Assembly (NCBI GenBank): GCA_026004535.1
Contig: BPJI01000001.1
Location: forward strand, 15,915-79,914
Length of the DNA: 64,000 nt
Reading direction: 5' to 3'
Source of the DNA: Candidatus Parcubacteria bacterium
GTDB lineage: Bacteria > Patescibacteriota > Minisyncoccia > UBA6257 > HR35
Under the pieces are notes generated by a model that was given only the letters and a program-made list of their open reading frames with translations, was not told the DNA's origin and did not search any database. This document shows, in pieces, positions 9,357-19,500 of this stretch. How positions within the stretch are numbered: the first letter of the stretch is position 1; every line of letters begins with the position of its first letter. The translations under genes and the position numbers were made by a program.

Positions 9357-10625
9357 ATGTCAAATTCTCTCGAAAAAAATTTTGCCCAAAAACATGAAAA
9401 ACTGGAATCTGCTAAGAAGATTAAAGAAGAAAGAGCTTTAAAACTGGCAAGAGAAATAAAGAGAATAAAAGAAAAAATATCTAAAGAAGCAGGAACAATT
9501 AAAGATTATCAAAGAATAATTGAATTAGCAAAGAAAATAGAGAGTCTTTATAATAAAGCCTGGGAACTTGAAGGTAAATTGACTAAAAAAAATATCTTAG
9601 TTGAACATAGAGTTTTTGGAGCGATTTATGAAGCCAACTTCAGCCCCGAAGGAGATAAGATAGTTATTGGGAGTAACGGTAGAATAATGCAAGTTCTTTC
9701 TTTAACCGAAGGCAAAATATACGAAAGAGGAATATTAAGACCAAAAGTTTTAGCTGAATTTAAGACTGAAGGAGTAGTTTATACAGCTAATTTCAATCCC
9801 GAAGGAGACAAGATAGTTATTGGAGATAGCAGGGGAATAATGAGAGTTCTTTCTTTAACTGAAGGTGAAATAGATGAAAAAGGAATATTAAGACCAAAGA
9901 TTTTAGTCGAATTTAATGTTGAGGGAGCAGTTTATGAAGCTAATTTCAGCCCCGAAGGAGATAAGATAGTTATTGGAAGCAGCGATAAAATGATGAGGGT
10001 TCTTTCTTTAACCGAAGGCAAAATAGATGAAAGAGGAATATTAAGACCAAAAGTTTTAGCTGAATTTAAGACTGAAGGAGTAGTTTATACAGCTAATTTC
10101 AATCCCGAAGGAGACAAGATAGTTATTGGAGGCAACGATAAAATGATGAAAGTTCTTTCTTTAATTGAAGATGAAATATACAGAGGAAAAATATTAATAC
10201 CAAGAGTTTTAGTTGAATTTGAAGCTAATGGAGTGATTTATGAAGCTAACTTCAGTCCCGAAGGAGATAAGATAGTTATTGTAACCAACAAGGGAATAAT
10301 GAAGGTTCTTTCTTTAACTGAAGGCGAAATAGATGAAAGAGGAATATTAAGACCAAAGGTTTTGGCTGAATTTAAGACTAGGTTAGAAATTTATACAGCT
10401 AATTTCAATCCCGAAGGAGACAAGATAGTTATTGGAGATTTCGATAAAATGAAAGTTCTTTCTTTAACTGAAGGCGAAATAGATGAAAGAGGAATATTAA
10501 GACCAAAGGTTTTGGCTGAATTTGAAACTGAAGGATGGGTTTATACAGCTAATTTCAGCCCTGAAGGAGATAAGATAGTTATTGGAGATTTCTATGGGGT
10601 GACGAAAGTTATTGGAGAAAAGTAG
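9357..10625 (+). CDS. WD40-like seven-bladed beta-propeller with N-terminal coiled coil
   Basis: Seven copies of YxANFxPEGDKIVIG at 51-aa spacing. Confidence 0.9.
   Translation: MSNSLEKNFAQKHEKLESAKKIKEERALKLAREIKRIKEKISKEAGTIKDYQRIIELAKKIESLYNKAWELEGKLTKKNILVEHRVFGAIYEANFSPEGDKIVIGSNGRIMQVLSLTEGKIYERGILRPKVLAEFKTEGVVYTANFNPEGDKIVIGDSRGIMRVLSLTEGEIDEKGILRPKILVEFNVEGAVYEANFSPEGDKIVIGSSDKMMRVLSLTEGKIDERGILRPKVLAEFKTEGVVYTANFNPEGDKIVIGGNDKMMKVLSLIEDEIYRGKILIPRVLVEFEANGVIYEANFSPEGDKIVIVTNKGIMKVLSLTEGEIDERGILRPKVLAEFKTRLEIYTANFNPEGDKIVIGDFDKMKVLSLTEGEIDERGILRPKVLAEFETEGWVYTANFSPEGDKIVIGDFYGVTKVIGEK
9618..10612 (+). repeat. 153-bp coding tandem repeat (~6.5 units)
   Basis: Units start near 9618, 9771, 9924, 10077, 10230, 10383 and 10533; 9723-9823 is identical to 10029-10129. 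Confidence 0.95.
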
Positions 10626-10750
10626 CAGAATATCTATTTTCCAATATCTTCATAAAATATTAATGTAGAAAATTCTCTTGAAAAATTTTGAAGATGATAT
10701 AAATATTACTACTCAAAGTTATTCAATCAACTGAATGCTCCATAATAGTA

Positions 10751-12091
10751 TTAGTCATTGTTACTGAAAACCGACTTTAAATATTCACTTATTTCTTCTA
10801 TCTTTATTCTTTCTTGTTTAGTACTATCTCTATCTCTTATAGTTACAGTCTCATCTTCTAATGTTTGAAAATCGATTGTTAAACAAAAAGGAGTACCAAT
10901 TTCGTCTTGTCTTCGGTATCTTCTTCCAATTGAACCTGATTCATCATAAAAACTGATAAAATCTTTCTTAACAATTTGGTAGACCTCTTTTGCTTTATCA
11001 ACTAATTTTTTTTTATTACCTAATAAAGGAAAAACAGCAACTTTAATTGGCGCTAAAAAAGGGGGAAATCTAAAAATTCTTCTTCTCTCTCCTTCAATAA
11101 TATCTTCATCATAAAATTCCACTAAAACTGCCAACAATAGCCTCTCAACACCAACTGATGGCTCAATCACGTAAGGTAAAATTTTTTTCTTGGTTTTTTC
11201 ATCAAAATAAACAAGTTCTTCGCCAGAAAAATGAGAATGTCTTGACAAATCATAATTAGTTCGATTGGCAATTCCCTCTAATTCATCGAATCCCCAAGGA
11301 AATTTATACTCAATATCAGTAGTTGCAGCTGAATAATGAGCTAATTCTTCCCTTAAGTACTCTCTTTTGCGAATATTTTCTTTTTTAAACCCTAATTTTA
11401 AATACCAACCATATCTCTCTTCAACCCAATACTTATACCATTTTTCAGCTTCTTTGGGGTCTATAAAAAATTCAAGCTCCATTTGTTCAAATTCTCGAAT
11501 GCGAAAAATAAAATTTCTGGGAGTTATTTCATTTCTAAAAGCTTTACCAATTTGAGCGATACCAAATGGCAATTTAGTTCTCATTGAATTTAAAACATTT
11601 TTAAAGTTGCAGAACATTCCCTGAGCAGTTTCTGGTCTTAAGTAAGCTTCAGTGGCTAATTCTTCAACTGGACCAACATAAGTTTTAAACATCAAATTAA
11701 ATTGTCTTTCTTCGGTTAACTCTCCACCGCAAAGAGGGCACAATGGTTTATTATCTTTTAATTTAACTTCACCATATTCACCTTTCATTAAATGATCAGA
11801 ACGGAATCTTTGATGACAATTTTTACACTCAACCAATGGGTCTTGGAAACCTTCAATATGACCTGAGGCTTCATAAACTTTTCTTGGACCGACGATTGAA
11901 CTTTCAATCAAAAAAATATTATCTCTTGAAAAAACAATACTTTTTAACCATAAATTTTTGAGATTATTCTTCAGCAAAACTCCTAAATAACCGTAATCAT
12001 AAAATCCCTTAAGTCCACCATAAATTTCAGCTGATTGAAAAATAAAACCTCTCTGTTTACAAATTTGAATTATTGTTTCTAAATTTTTCAT
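10751..12091 (-). CDS. glyQS: Glycine--tRNA ligase (alpha2 type)
   Basis: LRPETAQG, FRNEITPRNFIFRIREFEQME, GSIGRRYRRQDEIGTP. Confidence 0.97.
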   Translation of the reverse strand: MKNLETIIQICKQRGFIFQSAEIYGGLKGFYDYGYLGVLLKNNLKNLWLKSIVFSRDNIFLIESSIVGPRKVYEASGHIEGFQDPLVECKNCHQRFRSDHLMKGEYGEVKLKDNKPLCPLCGGELTEERQFNLMFKTYVGPVEELATEAYLRPETAQGMFCNFKNVLNSMRTKLPFGIAQIGKAFRNEITPRNFIFRIREFEQMELEFFIDPKEAEKWYKYWVEERYGWYLKLGFKKENIRKREYLREELAHYSAATTDIEYKFPWGFDELEGIANRTNYDLSRHSHFSGEELVYFDEKTKKKILPYVIEPSVGVERLLLAVLVEFYDEDIIEGERRRIFRFPPFLAPIKVAVFPLLGNKKKLVDKAKEVYQIVKKDFISFYDESGSIGRRYRRQDEIGTPFCLTIDFQTLEDETVTIRDRDSTKQERIKIEEISEYLKSVFSNND

Positions 12092-13770
12092 TGATAAAGA
12101 ACCTGACCAACAGAAATCGGATTTATTGTCTTTTGAATAACTCCTTGACTAAAAGAGCCAGTAGCTGAATATTCGGCTTGAGGAATAATAATAAAGCTTT
12201 GTGGTTCAACATTGGCTGGTAATTCAACTAAAATTTGAAAGGCTAAATCTAATTCTTTATTAACATAACCGAGATTAGCAGGCAATTTGTTTATTTGATA
12301 TATAAAAGCACCGGTTTTCGAATCATACTTTAAATTATCTAAAATTGCATCGCCACCAACTTTACCGGTAAAATTAACTCCCATCGGTAATCTGGTTTTA
12401 ATAGTTAAATTGTCAAAATCTTCACCAATTGATTTTATTTTCAAATGCCAAATAAGAGTTGATGGCTGATTGGGTTGCAAAGGAAATGGACCCTCCGGAA
12501 CAAAAATTGGATCTTGATAAACTAACTTGCTTTCTAAATTAATATCACCAATTATTCTTTTTTCATCTTCCTGAAAAACAAAATATTCTCTGCCTCCTTC
12601 CTCAATTTCAATTGGAATACTCGGTGTTCTAAATTCGGCCCTTATTTTAGTAGTAAAATTTTTATTATTTTCTCCTAAGATTGGGTAACTTCTAAATAAA
12701 GAAACAGCAAAATTAAACTTAACCCTATCTCCAGGTTTTAAAACCAAAAGTTCTGGTTTATTCCTTGAAGTCCAGTAAATAGCTTGCTCAAATTCATTGA
12801 AATAACCATCAGTATTTAAAGAATAAAAATCAAAAGGACCGGAAAAAATAATCTTGACCTGGCCATTTTCTAATATTGTCTGGCTTTTATTTTCTAAAAT
12901 AATCTCATAAAATAAGCTTGAACCAATATTTATGTTTTTACTTTCAGGAGTTGATTTAATGTAAAAAACAATCGGATTTTCTAGAACATTGATTTTAGCG
13001 ATTTCCTTAGTTAAAGAAAAACTAAAATTTTGATAACTAAAATCAACCTTGATGCTAAAAATTCCAGAAGATTTTGAATTCTGAATTTGCCCAATTAAGG
13101 AAACGTTTTTTATTTCTTCAGTATCAAGACTTGGAAATTCCCAATAAAAATTTTCAGTCTGCGGAAAAGATGAGGTCAAAAGAAAATGAGTTGGAGTTTC
13201 AATACTAACTTTAATATTATTTAGTTTTTGTTTAGTTAAATTAATAATACGAAAGTTAGCTTGGAACTCTTGATTAACATAAATTTTAGTCGGGAGAAAA
13301 ATCTGAGCTTTGATTGGAGGATTTTTGACTAAAATCGAGAAATTTTCTTCTTTAGCAAAAATATGATCCTTATCTTCAATCTTATAGTTTAAAACTATTT
13401 TTAAATTTTCCTTTAAATCTCCGGCATTAACAAAAAACAAACTGAGATTTTGAACATTAGTTTTTTGTTGTTCAATTTCTCCTAAAAATAGAGACAAATT
13501 TTTTTCTTGAGGATTATTGACTAAAAAAGCACCATCAGAAAGAGAAATTTTAAGAGTTACATCGGTCAATTTTTTATTTGAACCATTAACAATCTCGATT
13601 TTATAATCATAATTTTCTAAAGATAAAACTTCATTCGGTCCGGTTAGGCCTATTTTTAAGTCTGAAGCTGGGGTTGGTCGAAAATAAATAAAATAGACAA
13701 AAAAAACAATAGATAAAACAAACAAAATAAATGAAAAAATTAAAATTCGATTTAAAAATTTTTCTTTCAT
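12088..13770 (-). CDS. Membrane-anchored protein with tandem Ig-like domains
   Basis: N-terminal TM helix; beta-rich repeats such as YxIxxxNxS. Confidence 0.7.
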   Translation of the reverse strand: MKEKFLNRILIFSFILFVLSIVFFVYFIYFRPTPASDLKIGLTGPNEVLSLENYDYKIEIVNGSNKKLTDVTLKISLSDGAFLVNNPQEKNLSLFLGEIEQQKTNVQNLSLFFVNAGDLKENLKIVLNYKIEDKDHIFAKEENFSILVKNPPIKAQIFLPTKIYVNQEFQANFRIINLTKQKLNNIKVSIETPTHFLLTSSFPQTENFYWEFPSLDTEEIKNVSLIGQIQNSKSSGIFSIKVDFSYQNFSFSLTKEIAKINVLENPIVFYIKSTPESKNINIGSSLFYEIILENKSQTILENGQVKIIFSGPFDFYSLNTDGYFNEFEQAIYWTSRNKPELLVLKPGDRVKFNFAVSLFRSYPILGENNKNFTTKIRAEFRTPSIPIEIEEGGREYFVFQEDEKRIIGDINLESKLVYQDPIFVPEGPFPLQPNQPSTLIWHLKIKSIGEDFDNLTIKTRLPMGVNFTGKVGGDAILDNLKYDSKTGAFIYQINKLPANLGYVNKELDLAFQILVELPANVEPQSFIIIPQAEYSATGSFSQGVIQKTINPISVGQVLYQ

Positions 13771-13779
13771 TAAATTTAA

Positions 13780-14436
13780 TTATATCAAAAATTCATTAAA
13801 ACTATTTTTAATCAGAACTTTTAAAAAATCAGGAATTTCTCGAGGAAGTTTAATTAAATTTTTAATTTTTCGAGCCTGAGTTAGTTCTTGTTGGCTTATT
13901 CTTAAATAAAAATCCTGACGACAATAAAAACAATAAAGAAATCTTTTGTTATCAAAATAAGCAAATTTTCTTAATCTTCTTTGGCATTTTTGGCAATTTT
14001 CTAAATCAACCTCATAACCTAATTCTCTTAGAAGATGAAATAGAAACCAAAAAGAAAAAACTTTTGATCTTTGTCTTAAGTAATTTTCTAAATGAGTTAA
14101 GACAAACCAAATAAATTTTGGAGTCTCCAATAATCCTAAATTTTTAACAATCCTTAAAGTCCATAAGAAAAGATAAGGTTGGGATTTAAAGATATTAGTA
14201 GTAGTTTTTAAAGGCAAGGCTGAAATTATTTGATATTTTTTAAAATTGGTTATAATAAAGAAACGATTCAGATTGCCAGGTTCAAAAAGGGTTAGATTTT
14301 TACTTTGGGGTCTAAAAATTCCCCTAAGATAACATTTCAGTAAACCATAGTTTTTTGTTAAAATATATATTAAAGCATCATTTTCTTTTAATTTTTCTTT
14401 GGCCAAAATTAAACCTTGAACCTTAAAGTAAATCAT
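13780..14436 (-). CDS. recO: DNA repair protein RecO
   Basis: GLIL..KEND..ILTKNYG OB-fold; LGY..L..CxxC...CxxC zinc finger. Confidence 0.85.
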   Translation of the reverse strand: MIYFKVQGLILAKEKLKENDALIYILTKNYGLLKCYLRGIFRPQSKNLTLFEPGNLNRFFIITNFKKYQIISALPLKTTTNIFKSQPYLFLWTLRIVKNLGLLETPKFIWFVLTHLENYLRQRSKVFSFWFLFHLLRELGYEVDLENCQKCQRRLRKFAYFDNKRFLYCFYCRQDFYLRISQQELTQARKIKNLIKLPREIPDFLKVLIKNSFNEFLI

Positions 14437-15595
14437 GAATAAAAGAATAAAACAATTATCTTTTCTGTTAATAATTTTAATCTTAATTCTTTCAGCTTAC
14501 AAATTTGGTTATCAAAAAGCTTTAGCTGAAACAACAGCTGGTAAATTTTTTAGTGTGCAAAATTTTTTGATGTTTTTAAGAGCCTGGGAAATAATTAATA
14601 GAAATTTTATTGATCCTCAAAAAATTGATAACGATAAAGCAATGTTTGAAGCAACTCGAGGTCTAATAAAATCTTTAGATGATCCATATTCAGATTTACT
14701 TTCAGAAGAACAAAGAAAAATTTTTGAAGAAGATTTAACTGGTTCATTTGGTGGGATCGGTATAGAAATTGGCATTCGTAAAGGAGTTTTAACAGTTATT
14801 GCTCCGCTTGAAGAAACTCCAGCTCAACGAGCTGGACTTAAGGCTGGAGATAAAATTTTAAAAATTAACGCTGAAGAGACAGAAAATATGTCTTTAGAAG
14901 AAGCTGTATCAAAAATAAGAGGCAAACCAGGAACTAAAGTAACTTTAACGATTTTTCGTGATGAATGGTTAGAACCAAAAGATTTTGAAATTACTCGAGA
15001 AGTTATTAATATTGCCGTTATTAAAACAAAATTTATTTCACCTAATATTGGTTATATAAAGATTAACTCTTTTGGGGCAACAGTTTATTCAGAATTTATG
15101 AAAGCCTATAATCAACTTAAAAGCCAAGGCGCTGATAGATTTATTATTGATTTAAGAAACAACCCTGGTGGTTATTTGGAAATGGCAATTAAAATGAGCG
15201 AACTATTTTTGCCCCGGGGTAAAATTATCTTAAAAGAAGTTAAAAGAAATGGAGGAACAAAGTCGATTATTTCTGAAGGCCCAGGTGTGATTCAAGAAAA
15301 AGTCGTTATTCTAATTAATAAAGGTTCAGCTTCAGCTTCAGAAATTTTTGCTGGTGCTCTGAGAGATAATTTAGGAATTAAATTAATTGGCGAAAAAAGC
15401 TTTGGCAAAGGCAGTGTTCAGCAAACTTTTCCTTTAAACGGAAATTTGTTAAAATTAACTATTGCTTATTGGTTAACCCCCAGTGGAACAAAAATTGAAG
15501 GTAACGGCTTAAAACCAGATATTGAAGTTGAAGAACCGAAAGAAGAAACAGAAAAAGATCCAGTTTTAGATAAAGCAATTGAAGTGTTAAAATAA
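14435..15595 (+). CDS. ctpA: C-terminal processing protease, S41 family
   Basis: LDDPYS, PDZ GIG loop, DLRNNPGG, SASASEI, SFGKGSVQ. Confidence 0.95.
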   Translation: MNKRIKQLSFLLIILILILSAYKFGYQKALAETTAGKFFSVQNFLMFLRAWEIINRNFIDPQKIDNDKAMFEATRGLIKSLDDPYSDLLSEEQRKIFEEDLTGSFGGIGIEIGIRKGVLTVIAPLEETPAQRAGLKAGDKILKINAEETENMSLEEAVSKIRGKPGTKVTLTIFRDEWLEPKDFEITREVINIAVIKTKFISPNIGYIKINSFGATVYSEFMKAYNQLKSQGADRFIIDLRNNPGGYLEMAIKMSELFLPRGKIILKEVKRNGGTKSIISEGPGVIQEKVVILINKGSASASEIFAGALRDNLGIKLIGEKSFGKGSVQQTFPLNGNLLKLTIAYWLTPSGTKIEGNGLKPDIEVEEPKEETEKDPVLDKAIEVLK

Positions 15596-15610
15596 AATAA
15601 AGAAATTAAT

Positions 15611-15753
15611 TATCCGGATATAAACCGGATATAACTACCCGGATTTTTACCGGATAGAACTATCCGGATGTAAAACGGATAATACTACCCAGATGTAAAC
15701 CGGATATATCCGGTAATCATCAGGGTAAAATAATCCGGTAGCCCATCCGGGTA
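15611..15753. repeat. CCGGAT fold-back array, copy B
   Basis: Forward CCGGAT units switch to reverse ATCCGG units at accggatatatccggt. Confidence 0.95.
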
Positions 15754-15761
15754 ATACATAA

Positions 15762-16202
15762 ATGAAAAGAAAAAAAGATAAAAAAATTCCAGTTTTGCTT
15801 TTAGAGGATATGTCAAATTTAGGTCAAAGAGGAGAAATTGTTTTAGTGAAGCCTGGTTATTTTCGTTATTTAATTTCTCAAAAAAAGGCTTTATTAGCAA
15901 GCAAAGAAAAATTAGAAAACGAACTTAAACCATTGGTCTTAGAAGAAAAAATAAAATCAAGGGAAACAATAATTCAAAAAATGAAAGAACAAATCGAAAA
16001 TTTGGTTTTAGAATTTAAAATTAATCAATATTCAGGAGTTAGCAAAGAGAAAATAATCCAAGCCTTAAAGGAAAAAGGTTTTAACATTTCTAAAAATTCA
16101 ATTGAACTTAAAGAAAAAATAAAAAAAGAAGGAGAGTATCTAATCCCAATTAATTTAGGTTTTAATCTTAAGGCGAATTTAAAAATTAAATGTTCAGCCT
16201 AA
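15762..16202 (+). CDS. rplI: 50S ribosomal protein L9
   Basis: VLLLED..LG..GEIV.VKPGY motif. Confidence 0.9.
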   Translation: MKRKKDKKIPVLLLEDMSNLGQRGEIVLVKPGYFRYLISQKKALLASKEKLENELKPLVLEEKIKSRETIIQKMKEQIENLVLEFKINQYSGVSKEKIIQALKEKGFNISKNSIELKEKIKKEGEYLIPINLGFNLKANLKIKCSA

Positions 16203-16203
16203 A

Positions 16204-16554
16204 ATGACCCATCAATTAATCCAATATATTGAAGAAAAATATTCTCGTCAGGATTTGCCAGAAATAAAACCAGGAATGGTTGTTCGTGTTTGGCAAAAAT
16301 TTAAGGAAAAAAAGGGAGAAAGTTTAAAACCATTTGAAGGTATTGTTATTAGTCTTAAAAAGAAAAAAGGAACAAAAAAAATGTTTACAGTAAGAGGCGA
16401 AGCAGCTGGTCAAATGGTTGAAAAAACTTATCCCTTTAATTTACCAACAATTACGAAAATAGAAATTTTAAAACAAGGAAAAACTAAAAGAGCCAAACTT
16501 TACTTTATCAGAAAACTCCACCCACGAAAAATTAAAAGAAAACTCAGGATTTAG
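16204..16554 (+). CDS. rplS: 50S ribosomal protein L19
   Basis: FEGIVI, FTVR, RAKLYFIR. Confidence 0.95.
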   Translation: MTHQLIQYIEEKYSRQDLPEIKPGMVVRVWQKFKEKKGESLKPFEGIVISLKKKKGTKKMFTVRGEAAGQMVEKTYPFNLPTITKIEILKQGKTKRAKLYFIRKLHPRKIKRKLRI

Positions 16555-16568
16555 ACTTAAGTTTTTAT

Positions 16569-19500
16569 TTAACCTTTAATAACTCCAATTGGTACTAATT
16601 TTACTACTTTTTTAGCAATCCCAATATTATGGACAACATCGACAACCGCAGAGACATCTTTATAAGCAATTGGTGCTTCCTCGGCCAAGCCTGACATACT
16701 TCCAGCAGCAACTGAAATTCCTCTTCCTTCCAATTCTTTTTTTAATTCACTTCCTCTTATTTTTCTTTTTGCTTCAGCTCTTGACATCATTCTACCTGCA
16801 CCATGAGGTGCTGAACCAAAAGAAATTTCTTTGGCTAATTCTTGACCAATTAAAACATAACTTGAAGTTCCCATCGATCCAGGAATCAATGTTGGCTGAC
16901 CAATTTGACGATATTTTTCAGGAAGCTCAGAATGACCTTGCCAAAAAGCCCTTGTTGCTCCTTTACGATGTACCAATAGCTTTTTATTATCATATTCTTC
17001 AATTTTCACAATATTATGAGCAACATCATAAACTTGTTTTAATTCAATTTCTTTACCAAAAACTTTTTTAAATGCTTTTCTTACTTCATAAGTAATAAGT
17101 TGTCTATTAGCAAAAGCAAAATTAGCTGAAGCTTTCATTGCTGATAAATAAGCTTGACCAAGTTCGTGGCTATAAGGAAAATAAGCCAATTCTCTATCAA
17201 CTAAGTCAATTCCTTGTTTATCTAAATATCTTAAAGCTTCGCGAATATAATCAGTTGCAACTTGATGGCCTAAGCCTCTTGAACCGCAATGAATTAAAAC
17301 ACAAACTTTATTTTTTTCTAAACCTAATTTTTTAGCAATTTCTTCATTCTTGTCTGTCGACCAGGCAGGAAAAATTTCAGCTACTCTTTGAATTTCAACA
17401 AAATGATTGCCAGCACCAATTGTTCCTAATTGATCCCTGCCCCGATCTTTAGCTGTTTTTGAAACCCTATCAGAATCTGCGCCTTCAATTTTTCCATAAC
17501 TTTCTGTTGCTTCTAAATCTTCTTTAGTAGCATAACCAATTTCATAAAGCCATTTTGCTCCTTCTTCTAAAACTTTTTTCATCTCATTATTATTCAATCT
17601 CCAAAAACCACCTCTACCAACACCTGAAGGAACTTCTTTAAAAATTTGTTCTGTTAATTTTGGTATTTTATCTTTAATTTCTTCATAATAAAAAGGAGAA
17701 ACTAAAAGACGAACGCCACAATTTGAAACAACAATATTATTAGCAATAAAATTGTGATCTGGATGGTCAATAGTTAAATCATAAACATAACCTGAATAAT
17801 TAATTTCTTCTATACCTTCTATTTCATCAATAACAAAATCACCATAAGAGTAAAATTTAATAAAATCTTTAAAAGAAAGAAAATTAAAAGCAATTCTTAC
17901 TTCACTTGCACCTTCCCAAATCGATCTTTCAATAAATCTTTCATTAATAAACTCACTAGAAAAAACTTTGACTAATTCTCTTTTAGAAACTCTGTTGATT
18001 AAATAATATTCTTTTATTTTGTTTCTTATATCCTGCCTTTGATTTTTTATTTTCTCTTTATATTTCAAATAAGCAAGAGCTAAGTTACTTAATTTTTGTT
18101 TTTCTTGATTATATTCAAAACCAATTGCTTCAAAAAATCTAATTAAATTCTTTGGCTCTGATTTAATTTGAAACCTTAAACCAATTGTTTTATTTTTTAT
18201 CCCTAATTCCTCCATAACTTTTATTTCTGACGTCTCGATGCCAAATTCTTTAAGCATATCTCTAATTTCTTGCATAAACTCTAAGCCATTATTTACTAAC
18301 TTTTTATTTTTATTAATATTTAAAACTAAAGCAGATAGATTAAATTTATGAAAAGCACTTGGAGAAGAAAGTTCAGCACCAAAAAACGAAGCCAAGAACA
18401 ACCTTTTTTGCCATAAAGGTAATTTTTTTAACCAATAAGGCAATTTAAATTCAACTTCTGTCTTTTTACCAATTGGATAACCCAAAGCTCCTAAAAGCAA
18501 AGCAAAACTTTTACTAATTCTTAAGCAATATTCTGTTCTTTCAAATTCACAATTTTTGCCATAAGTATTAATCAATTTATGTTTTTTCTTTCTTTTAACT
18601 ATTATTGAATTAACACCAATTTTTTCTAAATCTTTTTTTATTAGTTTTAAATCACCTAATTGACCCCATAAAGATAGATGATTAAAATTTTTAGGGATAT
18701 TTCCGTCGCCTAAGGCATAAGCAAAAATTTTAATAATATAAGGAAAAACAAATGAATCTGAATACAAAGGCAAGAGATTTTTTCTTTCTAAGTAATTAGT
18801 AATTTGAGCTAATTGATTGCCTTTTTTTGTTATACCATTTTTAGTACAAAATTCAATAAATTTTTCTTTACTTAAAATCAATATTCTTTTAGGCTTTTCA
18901 TACTTAACGCCTTTAAAGGGATAGGTTAATATTTTTTCTCCAATTTCTAAATTTTTAGCTTCCTTCATACCAAAAAGAGTATATATTGGATGATCTGGAG
19001 TTATTAAAATTTCATTTCCGAATTTTGTTTTAATTTTAAGAAGTTTTGTTTCTTTTCTCTTAAGATTTAAAATAATTTTTGCTTTTTCTAATTTTTTCTT
19101 TTTTTTGTTTAAAAGATAAACTTCAAAATCTTTATTTAAATCTTTAATTTCTAAATAAGTACCATTTTCTAAATTAACCAAAGTATCGGGATGAAGACAG
19201 TTGATATCAAAGCCAACACCGCCAGGAGAAACTGTGCCTTCTTTTCCCAGATCTGTAGCTAAAACACCACCAACGCAATTTGAAACCACAAAATTATTAG
19301 CAATAAAATTATGATCTTGATGATTAACAGTCAAATCATAAACATAATCTGAATAATCTACTTCTTCAATTTTTTCTATTTCATCAAAGCAAAAACCGCT
19401 ATTTGATAAAGCTTTTGTTTTAACAAAATCTCTTAAGCTAATAAATTTAGTTGGTACTTTAGGTTTTAAGTAATTCAAGTTATTATTTAATCGATAACAA

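Noticed and set aside
15685-15900. Antisense or alternate-frame ORFs (also 1262, 2054, 2472, 4689, 5728, 8260, 16670, 26986, 42627 and others)
   Set aside because: Shadows of confidently identified genes, with no motifs of their own
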